A program made the position numbers and the translations under genes. Source: a virus (lineage: Duplodnaviria > Caudoviricetes). Taken from it: a stretch of DNA of 33,516 bases. How positions within the stretch are numbered: the stretch's first letter is position 1; every line of letters begins with the position of its first letter. The DNA lies in IMG/VR virus record IMGVR_UViG_3300014312_000012, positions 1 to 33,516 of that record. One strand, given 5' to 3'. Of the stretch, positions 1 to 7,828 are shown in pieces. The notes under the pieces are model-generated. The model saw nothing but the letters and a program-made list of their open reading frames with translations. It was not told where the DNA came from and searched no databases.

Positions 1-639
1 CCCGAAGTTGTCGAGCTCGTCGCCGGCCGGGGCCGCGTCCTTCGGCCCGCCGGCCTGGGGGGCCCGGTAGTCGTTGATGTCCTTGCGGAGCTTCATGAGC
101 CCGTCGACGAGCTGGCCGAAGCCTCGCATCCCGAGCATGTACTCGGTCGCCTGCATGACGGTCATGAGCTGGCCGTTCGGGCCTTCGATGAGTACGACGC
201 CGTCGGCCTGATTCTTCGCCATCATGTCGGCCTCGGCGAGCTCGATGCGGACGAGGTAGCGGTCGAAGATGGCGAGCAGGCGGTAGATGATGTCGAGGCC
301 CCGGCGTTCGATCAGCTCACGGTCGGACGCGATGAGCTCGGCGTAGCCGTCGAGGATGCGACGGACCCGGCTCGCGTCGGCTTCGAGCACGTTGCGGACC
401 TGCCGCTCGCTGATGCCCAGCTCGTCGGCGACCTTCATCCGCGACCTGAGCCGCCGGTAGCTCTCCCATACTTGCAGCTCTTCGTCGGGCGGGGCAGGCT
501 CTTCGTCCTCGGCGACGGCCGGCAGGTTCACCGCCGGCGGGGGCTTCTTCTTCGAGCTCCGCTTCTTCGAGGCCTTCTTCTTCGAGGCCTTCTTCTTGGC
601 GGGGACCTTCTTCTTCTTTTTGGTCGGACGTGTTGCCAT
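1..639 (-). CDS. Lys-rich HTH protein, candidate terminase small subunit (3'-partial, runs off the window start; absent from the ORF track)
   Basis: Hand translation from ATG at 639: MATRPTKKKKVPAKKKASKKKASKKRSSKKKPPP...WESYRRLRSRMKVADELGISERQVRNVLEAD...DELDNFG, open to base 1 with GC-rich third positions. KVADELGISERQVRNVL is HTH-like and is followed by a helical region. The TerS role is inference. Confidence 0.75.
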   Translation of the reverse strand, partial: MATRPTKKKKKVPAKKKASKKKASKKRSSKKKPPPAVNLPAVAEDEEPAPPDEELQVWESYRRLRSRMKVADELGISERQVRNVLEADASRVRRILDGYAELIASDRELIERRGLDIIYRLLAIFDRYLVRIELAEADMMAKNQADGVVLIEGPNGQLMTVMQATEYMLGMRGFGQLVDGLMKLRKDINDYRAPQAGGPKDAAPAGDELDNFG

Positions 640-656
640 TGGTTACATTATGCACC
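640..656. promoter_or_regulatory. Symmetric bidirectional -10 promoter/operator between divergent start codons
   Basis: TGGTTACATTATGCACC: TACATT (644-649) on + and CATAAT (652-647) on -, each followed by a 7-nt spacer and an ATG (657 +, 639 -). No SD sequence on either side. Confidence 0.55.
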
Positions 657-992
657 ATGAGCCGCAAACTACTACCCGTCAAGCCCTGCGACCCCGAGAA
701 GGAAGCCGTCGTCGGCTTCTACGATCAGGCCGCGGCCTTCTTCAAGCTCCACTTCAACCACGAGCCGAGCAGGACGACGCTCTACAAGTATCTCACCAAC
801 GGCTACCCGGTCGAGTACGGCGGGCCCTACGTCGCTGTGCCCCACTTCAAGAAGCTCAAGCGGCCGTTCACCACGGTCGAGGCCCTGGACCGGATGCTCA
901 CGGTGATCCGACGCGAAGAGCGCCGGCTTGCCCGTCTGAGGGCTGAACCGGCCGAGGGACGGGCGCGGGCTGCTCGTCGGCTGGCGGGTTGA
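657..992 (+). CDS. DUF1580-like / excisionase-type winged-HTH DNA-binding protein
   Basis: PSRTTLYKYLTNG...PFTTVEALDRML resembles the P..sTl.rW...G...TS.eAl.rF pattern of DUF1580. The only credible + strand gene. Start moved to ATG 657. Confidence 0.6.
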   Translation: MSRKLLPVKPCDPEKEAVVGFYDQAAAFFKLHFNHEPSRTTLYKYLTNGYPVEYGGPYVAVPHFKKLKRPFTTVEALDRMLTVIRREERRLARLRAEPAEGRARAARRLAG

Positions 993-1003
993 AGGGGTTT
1001 TGT

Positions 1004-1315
1004 TTATCCGGCATGGGGTCGTAGGTCCGCGAGATGAGTGAGGGCGAAGCCGGCGAGGCGCATCGTGATCGGTAGCAGCTCGGCGGGGAAGGGATCGCCC
1101 TGCTCGACGGTTTGCCGGATGCAGTAGGCGAGCGCTCCCTTCATGGCGTCTGATTCTTGATCCCACCAAGCGAGGGCCCGGGCCTTCTCCCGCTCGTATG
1201 CCTTGTGAACGAGCTCGTCAAACTCGTCCTCGGTCGCCTCTTTGAGCTCTTCGATCTCGTCGTCGGTGATGCCCGCGGCCCGAAGGATGCGTTCGTCGTC
1301 GGGGTTCATGTCCAT
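1004..1315 (-). CDS. hypothetical protein (acidic, helical)
   Basis: 103-aa ORF with AGGAG upstream and typical codon bias; abuts the upstream gene. Confidence 0.7.
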   Translation of the reverse strand: MDMNPDDERILRAAGITDDEIEELKEATEDEFDELVHKAYEREKARALAWWDQESDAMKGALAYCIRQTVEQGDPFPAELLPITMRLAGFALTHLADLRPHAG

Positions 1316-1318
1316 CGT

Positions 1319-1819
1319 TCAATCTCCTGTCCAGCCGTCGCGGCTCGGGGTTGTCGGCCCGTCCTGGATCGGGGCCGGGGGATGCAGCTCGCGCCACTGT
1401 TCGAGGGTGAGCAGCTCTTCGTCGGGCCAGAGGTCGGGGAAGCTGATCGGCATGATCTTCATGGCCGACGTCGGCCGGTAGGGGAAGGGCTCGCGGTAGA
1501 TGCGGGGGTTGCCGACCTTGAGGTAGCACTTCCCGGCCATGTACGGGATGCCTGTCTCGGTTTCATCGGGCTCGACCGGGTAGTGCATGTCCACCACGCC
1601 GAGAACGTGATCGGTGAGCTCGCAGAGGCCCGGGGCGATGTTCGGCGAGTAGAGGCCCGGGGGCGTCCCGCGCTGGGCGAGGGTTCGCCGGCCGTCGCCG
1701 ATGATGACGAGCGGGCACTTGCTGAACACCGCCCGCGGCATGACGAGCAGGCTGATCGCGCCCGTCACAACGTAGCCGGCGTAGGGCTGGGGAACTGAGA
1801 GGATTTTCATTTTGCTCAC
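1319..1819 (-). CDS. ASCH/PUA-like domain protein (degenerate)
   Basis: N-terminus KILSVPQPYAGYVVTG matches the ASCH 'LSi.QPwA..i..G' motif. The GxKxxExR core is not conserved. GTGA coupling to the PolX gene. Confidence 0.6.
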   Translation of the reverse strand: MSKMKILSVPQPYAGYVVTGAISLLVMPRAVFSKCPLVIIGDGRRTLAQRGTPPGLYSPNIAPGLCELTDHVLGVVDMHYPVEPDETETGIPYMAGKCYLKVGNPRIYREPFPYRPTSAMKIMPISFPDLWPDEELLTLEQWRELHPPAPIQDGPTTPSRDGWTGD

Positions 1820-2457
1820 GCTTGGTATCTCCGCTTGTCGGGGGCGACCATGCCGCAGGACTGTAGCGCCATGAAGTCGGCTTCCTCGGGGACCGGGTAA
1901 AGCTCGTAGACGCTGCCGTCGAACACCGCGTAGGGCTCGGGGGGCTGGGTCCCGTCGGCCGGGGGATCGAGCTCACCGCGGAGCTGCCACACGCGACCGC
2001 CCGAGCACAGGTACGAATCGTTGAGGAAGCCTTGCTTTGTCCTGGGCGTGACGAGCTTCGAGCTGAACCACGCCGGCCCGGTGCGTATGGCGAGCTGGAA
2101 GCCCCACGCCTCGGGCTGCACGATGAACACGTCCACATGAAGCGGCCGGGCGATCTTGGCGAGCTGGTACTTCTTCATCGCCGGCCCGTCGAGCTTCGTC
2201 GTGAGCTTGCCGTCGGCGATGAGCTGGTCGAGCAGGGGACGCAGGGCGCTCACTCGCTTCGGCGTGCCGAAGAGGTCCCCGCTGGGCTTCTCGATGAACT
2301 TCTCGACGAGCACGAGCTCGATGTCCCCGACGAGCTGCTTGCCGCGACGCAGGGAGCCGGCGATCTCGATGCGTTCGACGCCGGGCCGCAGGGCCTCGAC
2401 GATCTTCTCGGCCACGGGCCGCACCTTCTTCGCGTCCCACTTGTCGCCGCTACTCAC
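1816..2457 (-). CDS. minimal DNA polymerase X-family nucleotidyltransferase (palm/thumb only)
   Basis: IAGSLRRGKQLVGDIELV (GSxRR plus D-x-E), HVDVF (third acidic residue) and IRTGP (equivalent of YFTGS). 213 aa with no lyase, HhH or PHP domain. Confidence 0.85.
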   Translation of the reverse strand: MSSGDKWDAKKVRPVAEKIVEALRPGVERIEIAGSLRRGKQLVGDIELVLVEKFIEKPSGDLFGTPKRVSALRPLLDQLIADGKLTTKLDGPAMKKYQLAKIARPLHVDVFIVQPEAWGFQLAIRTGPAWFSSKLVTPRTKQGFLNDSYLCSGGRVWQLRGELDPPADGTQPPEPYAVFDGSVYELYPVPEEADFMALQSCGMVAPDKRRYQA

Positions 2458-3142
2458 CGCCGGCCCCCTTCTGCTTCTCGGCCTCCTTGTCGGCGCAGGT
2501 TTCGCACATCGGCATCCCGTCGGGCACGCAGACGACCGACTCCCCGCAGCTCATGCACGGGCTCACGTCGAGCCCTGAACGCTCGTAGGCCTCTTTGAAG
2601 GCCCGGAGCCCCGCGAGCTCGCTGTCGAGGCTCTTGGAGCTCGACGCGACGTCCCCGGTCGCTACGCCCATCCAGAGCCCGAGGACCTGGGAGCACGCCA
2701 TGACGACCTCGTCGACCGAGCGGCCCTTGCCGTCGATGAGCTGGGGCTTCTCGCCTTCGAGCCGCTGGTACTCCTGCCCCGCGTACATCATCACCGAGCG
2801 GAGCCAATGGCGGATAGCGGCCTCGACGCGGACGCGGAGCTCGGGCATCTTCTCGGCCCGATCCGCCGGCAGGTCCTTCGCGGCGCGGAGCTCGCGGCTG
2901 GCCTGCTGGATCAGGGCGACGAGGCCCGAGGCGCTGACCATCGCGTAGCCTTCGAGCAGGACGGTGATCGCGGCCGTCGCGTCGAGCTCGTGCATGTTGT
3001 CGCGGCTGGCGAACTCGAAGCCGTCCTCGCCGAGCACGGCGATCGCGCTGACGATGGCCTTGTTGTGTAGGTCGGTGTCGAGCTGGGCGAGGTTGTCACG
3101 GACGACGCCGCTCATCCAAGCGGGGGCGATGTTCTTCGGCAT
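2450..3142 (-). CDS. hypothetical protein with C-terminal Zn-finger
   Basis: AGGAG before ATG 3142 (MPKNIAPAW...). Ends CMSCGESVVCVPDGMPMCETC. The track's longer N-terminus overlaps the next gene and is rejected. Confidence 0.7.
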   Translation of the reverse strand: MPKNIAPAWMSGVVRDNLAQLDTDLHNKAIVSAIAVLGEDGFEFASRDNMHELDATAAITVLLEGYAMVSASGLVALIQQASRELRAAKDLPADRAEKMPELRVRVEAAIRHWLRSVMMYAGQEYQRLEGEKPQLIDGKGRSVDEVVMACSQVLGLWMGVATGDVASSSKSLDSELAGLRAFKEAYERSGLDVSPCMSCGESVVCVPDGMPMCETCADKEAEKQKGAGGE

Positions 3143-3158
3143 TGTGGACTCCTGGGGG

Positions 3159-3191
3159 AAAAGAGCGGCCCGGGCTGTCGCCCGGGCGCTC
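3159..3191 (-). terminator. intrinsic terminator-like hairpin
   Basis: GAGCGCCCGGGC-GACA-GCCCGGGCCGCTC followed by TTTT on the minus strand. Confidence 0.55.
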
Positions 3192-3233
3192 CGCATCAGT
3201 GATCGGCAGGGCTCGGGGCCCTGGGCGATACGG

Positions 3234-4031
3234 TTACGAGGCCTTGAACGTGAGGCCTCCGCGGACGATGTCGGTGACGTACTCCTTCGCCGGGGCGAGC
3301 CTGCTGGCGACCTCTTCGGCCTGCTTCTTGAGCATGGCGTGCCAACTGTCGTCGATGGGCATGAAGAGCCACTTCCGGTAGTTGAGGTCGGCCCGGACGT
3401 AGCAGCGGAGCGGGATGCGGGGGAAGTCCGGGTCGTCGATGAGCCGAACCTTGAACTCGACTTCGCCCTGTGGCATCGGGCTCGTGACTTGAGACTTGAC
3501 CAAGCCGCCGGCCATCGAGCTCGTCGCGTCGCGGGCCGCTTCGCTCGCGGTTTCGCTCTGAATCTTGAGCAAGCTGATTTGCTTGAGCCAGTCGGGCCCG
3601 GGGATGCACGGCCGCAGGAAGGTGTCGAAGAGCTGCACGGCCTCGTCAACCGTGAGCGTGATGCCGTCCTCGCCGGCCTCGAACCATTCGCGGAACACCG
3701 CCAGCTCGCGCGACTCGTTGGCCTGCCACTTCATCAGCTCGCGGCCGTTGTCCTGGTCGAAGTAGAGCGTCGCGTAGTTGACGCCGTAGGTGATGAGCCC
3801 GTCGACGAGCTGGGCGTTGTCGAGGTAGGGCGTCGTCGCGTTGCGGACGATGTCGGCGAGGCTGGCCCCGGCGATGATTCGGTCGCCGGGCTCGACCTCG
3901 AAAAAGTGAAGCTCGCCGTCGGCGTCCTGCCGGTAGAAGCGGCCGGGCCTGTCGCCCTTGAGCTGTAGAACGGGGTGCTCGTGGGCCTGCTTGAAGAGGC
4001 CGAGTAGTTTGTCGATTCCTTCTGCGATCAT
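3234..4031 (-). CDS. YfdQ/DUF2303-like phage protein
   Basis: 265 aa with GGAG SD. Size, MIAEGIDKL N-terminus and position directly behind a YfdP-like gene fit this conserved gene pair (inference). Confidence 0.5.
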   Translation of the reverse strand: MIAEGIDKLLGLFKQAHEHPVLQLKGDRPGRFYRQDADGELHFFEVEPGDRIIAGASLADIVRNATTPYLDNAQLVDGLITYGVNYATLYFDQDNGRELMKWQANESRELAVFREWFEAGEDGITLTVDEAVQLFDTFLRPCIPGPDWLKQISLLKIQSETASEAARDATSSMAGGLVKSQVTSPMPQGEVEFKVRLIDDPDFPRIPLRCYVRADLNYRKWLFMPIDDSWHAMLKKQAEEVASRLAPAKEYVTDIVRGGLTFKAS

Positions 4032-4070
4032 GCTGCGTTACTCCGTGGGGTGAGGGGGTTGGGGGTCGGT

Positions 4071-4538
4071 TCAGATTTCAGATACTTCGTCGTCTTGAGG
4101 CTCTTCGTCCTCGTCGTCGCCGCCAACGACCTCGCCGGTCGTCGTGTTGACCTCGATGTTCACGCCATCGTCGCCCTTGATCGGCGTCGAGCCGTCGAAC
4201 ATGGGGAGCTGCCGAGGGTCCTGGGGAGCGGTCGGGCTGAATTGCAGCGTGCCGTCGCCCATCGGCAGGGCTTGGTAGGGCTTCGAGTTGCGGCGCTTGG
4301 GGATGCCCTGGGTGACTTCGACGTGCAGCGCGACGGTGTCGAGAACCGCCGAGCCTTCATCGAGGACGGGCGTGCCGGTGATCTTGATGGTGACGCTACG
4401 CTTCGACTTGTCGCCGGCCCGCGCGATGATGTCCGCGACCATCTGCTTGATCGCGTGATTGATGGCGAGGCCGACGTGCCCGCGGTCGAGGTCGCCGAGG
4501 GTCGAGGCGTTGAGTTGTAGCCGGTGGTCTTTGCTCAT
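4071..4538 (-). CDS. YfdP-like small phage protein
   Basis: LGDLDRGHVGLAINHAIKQMVADIIAR...KRSVTIKITGTP and C-terminal QDPRQLPMF...VNTTTGEV fit the family. GGAG before ATG 4538. Confidence 0.55.
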   Translation of the reverse strand: MSKDHRLQLNASTLGDLDRGHVGLAINHAIKQMVADIIARAGDKSKRSVTIKITGTPVLDEGSAVLDTVALHVEVTQGIPKRRNSKPYQALPMGDGTLQFSPTAPQDPRQLPMFDGSTPIKGDDGVNIEVNTTTGEVVGGDDEDEEPQDDEVSEI

Positions 4539-4593
4539 GCTGTGCTCCGAGGTTGAAGAGGGGGGAGCTGGGCAGGATACCGGCGAACTCATG

Positions 4594-4608
4594 GTTTGCA
4601 AAGTTTAC
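4594..4608. promoter_or_regulatory. operator-family site GTTTGC-N3-GTTTAC overlapping a TAAACT -10 (minus strand)
   Basis: The 17-mer 4593-4609 matches 19361-19377 at 13/17 positions in the opposite orientation. Lies at a gene junction. Confidence 0.45.
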
Positions 4609-4862
4609 ACGGGCGGGCGTTCAGGCTGGGGCAGGTTCATGTCGTTCAGGCCGAGGTCGGCCGGCACGGGCTTCATCGCCGGCCGCACTTTTTCGAGCAG
4701 TTGGTTCACTTTGCCGATGTTCTCGGCCCCCATGACGTAGGCGACGAGGTAGAGCGGTTGGCCGTTGTCGTTCTTGGCGATGGCCCACGCGACCGGGGCG
4801 ACGGGCTCGGCCGCGACCATCGCGCCGAGCAGCTCTTCGGAGAGGATGCCGGGACGTTTCAT
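4605..4862 (-). CDS. hypothetical protein
   Basis: 85 aa from ATG 4862 (MKRPGILSEELL...) with AGGAG SD. Confidence 0.7.
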   Translation of the reverse strand: MKRPGILSEELLGAMVAAEPVAPVAWAIAKNDNGQPLYLVAYVMGAENIGKVNQLLEKVRPAMKPVPADLGLNDMNLPQPERPPV

Positions 4863-4882
4863 GCTGTACTCCTGGGGGGTTG

Positions 4883-4921
4883 AAGTAAACCGGCCCCGCG
4901 AGAGGGAGCTCGCAGGGCCGG
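4883..4921 (-). terminator. intrinsic terminator downstream of the tRNA
   Basis: CCGGCCCTGCGAG-CTCCCT-CTCGCGGGGCCGG followed by TTTACTT. Confidence 0.6.
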
Positions 4922-4968
4922 GGCGTTGGTCGATCAGGTTCACGGGTTGACTTGATCGCAGAGGGAAG

Positions 4969-5043
4969 GCCGGCGGGCAGGGCTCGAACCTGCAACCGTG
5001 GGCTTGTGACGCCCCCGCTCTACCATTTGAGCGTACCGCCGAC
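4969..5043 (-). tRNA. atypical tRNA, anticodon CAC (Val by anticodon), His-like G-1:C73, no encoded CCA
   Basis: Folds as GTCGGCGG-TA-CGCTC-AAATGGTA-GAGCG-G-GGGC-GTCACAA-GCCC-ACGGTT-GCAGG-TTCGAGC-CCTGC-CCGCCGGC, with D-loop GG and T-loop TTCGA present. Confidence 0.85.
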
Positions 5044-5050
5044 GGCCCGC

Positions 5051-5078
5051 ATCTTACGCACCTTGTTCACCCTGTCAA
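5051..5078 (-). promoter_or_regulatory. sigma70-type promoter of the tRNA, with an overlapping operator
   Basis: TTGACA (5078-5073), 16 nt, TAAGAT (5056-5051), then GC-rich GCGGGCC and the tRNA 5' G. GTTCAC-N3-GTCAAC at 5065-5079 overlaps the -35. Confidence 0.75.
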
Positions 5079-5084
5079 CCGTGA

Positions 5085-5993
5085 CTACTGGCCGCTGAAA
5101 TAGCGTTGCATGAGCTCGGGGTTGTTCGCCAGCTCCATGAGCTCGGCGTCGTCGAGCTGGTCGAGGCCGTAGCTGCCGCCTCGAAGAGCCCCGGGCATCT
5201 GCTGGGTCGGCTGCTGCTGGCCGAAGCCGCCTTCGGGGATCGCTCCGCGGCCCTGCTGCCCGCCTTCGACCGAGGCCCGTGCCTGGACGACGGCCCGCAA
5301 GTAGGGGGCCCACGGGTCGCTCGGGCGCTTCTTGATGTACTCCTGTAGCTGGGCGGTGGGGAGCTGGGAGAAGCCGAGGGCCTGCTCGCTGGCCTGCTCG
5401 CGCCGGCGCTGGGCGTCGCCGCCGCTCACGGCCGAGCCGACGTTGTACGGGATGAGCTGGCCGAACCGCTGAACCTCGCGGGTCGCGTAGTCCTTGTCGG
5501 GCACGCCCTGGGGGGTGATGAAGCCGCCGTCGGCCGCTCGGGTCTGCTGGCTGTACTGCCCGCGCCGGTCGATCTCCTGCATCCGGTAGTCGTGGAGCTG
5601 CTGATCGCGGGTCTGCTGCTGGCCGTAGCCGAGCAGGTCCGAGGCGATGCGGGTCTGAGCTTGGAGCTGCTGGCCGTACTGCTGGGCCGCGAGCTGCTGA
5701 TTGAACTGGCCTTGATCCTGAGCGAGCGCGTCGTAGCGGTAGCCGAGGCTCTGGCTGAACTGCTGATCCTCCTGCTGCTGCTCGCGGTTGAAGAGCTGGG
5801 CCTGTAGCCGGCGGTCGGCGTCGGCCTGCTGCCGCTGGGTTTCGAGCGCCATGCGCTGCGTGTCCTGCTGCTGCCGGTTGGCGACGAGCATCGCCGCCCG
5901 GTTCTGATCGGCCTGGGCGAACTGCTGGTAGCCCGCGAGCTCGGAGAGCTGGGCGAGGGCTCCGATGTCTTGGTAGCTCATCACGACGGGCAT
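5085..5993 (-). CDS. Gln-rich probable internal virion/ejection protein
   Basis: Gln/Ala-rich coiled-coil sequence at the end of the virion module. Start moved to MPVVMSY (5993). Function inferred from position and composition. Confidence 0.6.
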   Translation of the reverse strand: MPVVMSYQDIGALAQLSELAGYQQFAQADQNRAAMLVANRQQQDTQRMALETQRQQADADRRLQAQLFNREQQQEDQQFSQSLGYRYDALAQDQGQFNQQLAAQQYGQQLQAQTRIASDLLGYGQQQTRDQQLHDYRMQEIDRRGQYSQQTRAADGGFITPQGVPDKDYATREVQRFGQLIPYNVGSAVSGGDAQRRREQASEQALGFSQLPTAQLQEYIKKRPSDPWAPYLRAVVQARASVEGGQQGRGAIPEGGFGQQQPTQQMPGALRGGSYGLDQLDDAELMELANNPELMQRYFSGQ

Positions 5994-5997
5994 AGAT

Positions 5998-7335
5998 TCA
6001 CCATTCACCTTTCGGGCACTTCGCGCTCTGCTGCTGCTGCTTGGGGGTCAACCAACACCCGCAATCGTCACAGTAGTCGCCGAAGTATCCCTTCTTCTTC
6101 GAGGGGCAGGCGTCGCACTTGCCGGCCCGCTTCTGGATGACCGCCTCGTCGGCGAGGCCGATGCTGAGGGCCGTGAACGTGAGGCCCTTCGCGCCTTGTG
6201 CGAGGTCGAGTAGGTCCATAGGTCGATAACACCCGAGGCCGAACATGGGTTGGCGCCCGGGGATGCACGAGCATCGCGGGTCCGCGCCGTTGACGCATTT
6301 GCCGTCCATGTACCGCTCGGGGTTGTCCGGGTTGATCGTGCTGGCCGGGTCCTCTTCGGTCGAGCCGACTTCGACCTTCGAGGTCCCCGCGGCCTGGACG
6401 CCGCCTTCGTTCGCGGTGAAGGTCCCGTTGTCGCCGGTGATGAACCCCGTCCCGGCCTTCATGTAGTCGCTCCAAGCGGTCTGTCCCGCCCCGGGCGTCG
6501 CGTTGGTGACGTAGGGCGTCGAGCCCCCCGTGAGGCTCACGCCGCCGCTGCCGCCCTGCTGGTTGCCGTAGAAGCTCTGGACGCCCATCTGAGAGGTCGC
6601 CCCGATGCTGCCCCCTGCACCGCCTGAGAAGCCCGTAGAGCCGCCCCCGCCGTTGGTGAAGGTTCGCACGCCGCCGCTGCCTCCCGAGCCTCCTGAGCCG
6701 CCTGAGCCCGCCCCGTAGGTCGTGACGCCCGTGCCGCCCCCGCCGGCCCCGCTGCCCCGCTGGAAGATGCGCGAGCCGTAGTTGCTCGATCCCGGGCCGA
6801 TGACGGTCTTGGTACGCCCGCCGGTCCCCGAGCCGCCGCCGGCCCCGACCTGCTGCAAGAGCTGGGAGAACTGGCCGAGGTCCGGGTAGGCGTCGGTGAA
6901 CGACTCGATCATGCCGCTCTTGTAGTTGCCGAGGCGCTCGATCGCGCCGGCCTCGCTGAGCCCGACGCTGGCCCGCTGCTGGGCGACGTTGTTCTCGACG
7001 ACGCTCCGGGCCCGGTCGGCGTCCCGCGTCACGCCACGCTGCAAGCTGTCGCGGATGGTCGTGTTGAACAGGCCCCGGCTGATGGCGTCCTGGTCGGCCC
7101 GGGCTCGGCCCTGGGTTTCGTTCTCGGTGATCGCCCGGCGCTCGTTGTTGCCGAGGCTGACGAGCAGGTTCTCGACGTTGTCGTACTGCTGGCCGACCTG
7201 CTGGGTCGTGAGGTCGATCTGCGCGAGGATTTCGCCCTTCCGTGCTGCGTTCGCGTTGAAGGCGTCTTGGTGCAGCTTGCGGTAGGTGTCGATGATCGAG
7301 TTGAGGTTGATGTTCCCGATGTTCAGGGCGCTCAT
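5998..7335 (-). CDS. probable ejection/pilot protein with Gly-rich linker and Cys-rich C-terminus
   Basis: Helical N-terminal half, GGSGGSGG linker, and 10 Cys at the C-terminus including CDAC...CDDCGC...CPKGEW. Confidence 0.6.
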   Translation of the reverse strand: MSALNIGNINLNSIIDTYRKLHQDAFNANAARKGEILAQIDLTTQQVGQQYDNVENLLVSLGNNERRAITENETQGRARADQDAISRGLFNTTIRDSLQRGVTRDADRARSVVENNVAQQRASVGLSEAGAIERLGNYKSGMIESFTDAYPDLGQFSQLLQQVGAGGGSGTGGRTKTVIGPGSSNYGSRIFQRGSGAGGGGTGVTTYGAGSGGSGGSGGSGGVRTFTNGGGGSTGFSGGAGGSIGATSQMGVQSFYGNQQGGSGGVSLTGGSTPYVTNATPGAGQTAWSDYMKAGTGFITGDNGTFTANEGGVQAAGTSKVEVGSTEEDPASTINPDNPERYMDGKCVNGADPRCSCIPGRQPMFGLGCYRPMDLLDLAQGAKGLTFTALSIGLADEAVIQKRAGKCDACPSKKKGYFGDYCDDCGCWLTPKQQQQSAKCPKGEW

Positions 7336-7348
7336 GGTGGGGCCTCTT

Positions 7349-7807
7349 TCAATCCAGCAGCAGTAGCCGGCCGGTGATGGTGACGTCGGCGCTTGAGCCG
7401 TCGGTGTTGTTCTTCACTTCGATCTGCGTGATGACCTGCGACACGGTCGTCGCCGAGCCGTCGGCCCCGAGGCCTGAGCTGTCGAGGTCGTCGGAGCTGA
7501 GCAGCAGGGGCACGCCTGCCGCGAGCGAAAAGACGAGGGTGTCGCCGTTGTCGTTGGTGAGCTCCACGAGGCCCGCGGCATCGAGCTCGATCCAAAGCAG
7601 GTCGAAGGTATTGACGCCGCCCTGCCCGGTCGCCCAAATGACGTCCGAGTTGTAGTTGTCGCCCGAGCTGTTGGTGATCGAGAAGCTCGCGTCGAACTTG
7701 AGCCCGCCGAGGGTGAGCTCGGTGGCGACGGCCCGGTTGCCCGCGATGACGCCGAGGCCGTTCACGACTGTCTCGATGGCCTTGAAGATTTTGACGGCGA
7801 TGCTCAT
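7349..7807 (-). CDS. small virion structural protein (beta-rich)
   Basis: 152 aa with AGGAG SD, in the tail module. Confidence 0.6.
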   Translation of the reverse strand: MSIAVKIFKAIETVVNGLGVIAGNRAVATELTLGGLKFDASFSITNSSGDNYNSDVIWATGQGGVNTFDLLWIELDAAGLVELTNDNGDTLVFSLAAGVPLLLSSDDLDSSGLGADGSATTVSQVITQIEVKNNTDGSSADVTITGRLLLLD

Positions 7808-7828
7808 AGGTGGCTCCTTGTGCTGATT

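Noticed and set aside
317-682. 121-aa minus ORF in the track (EEGLEEEGLEE...)
   Set aside because: Off-frame reading of the Lys-rich gene at 1-639, which has better codon bias and an HTH.
3143-3649. N-terminal extension of the 399-aa ORF
   Set aside because: S/R/P-rich off-frame text overlapping the 265-aa gene; SD and terminator support the start at 3142.
4969-5043. tRNA-Sec or opal suppressor reading (8/5 stems, TCA in the loop)
   Set aside because: TCA is not centred in the 7-nt loop and there is no long variable arm.
4969-5043. tRNA as an attachment site or prophage boundary
   Set aside because: No duplicated tRNA 3' end or integrase seen, and phage-like genes continue on both sides.
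6600-6850. GGS/GGC-rich repeats as a DNA repeat element
   Set aside because: Explained by a Gly/Ser linker within a CDS.
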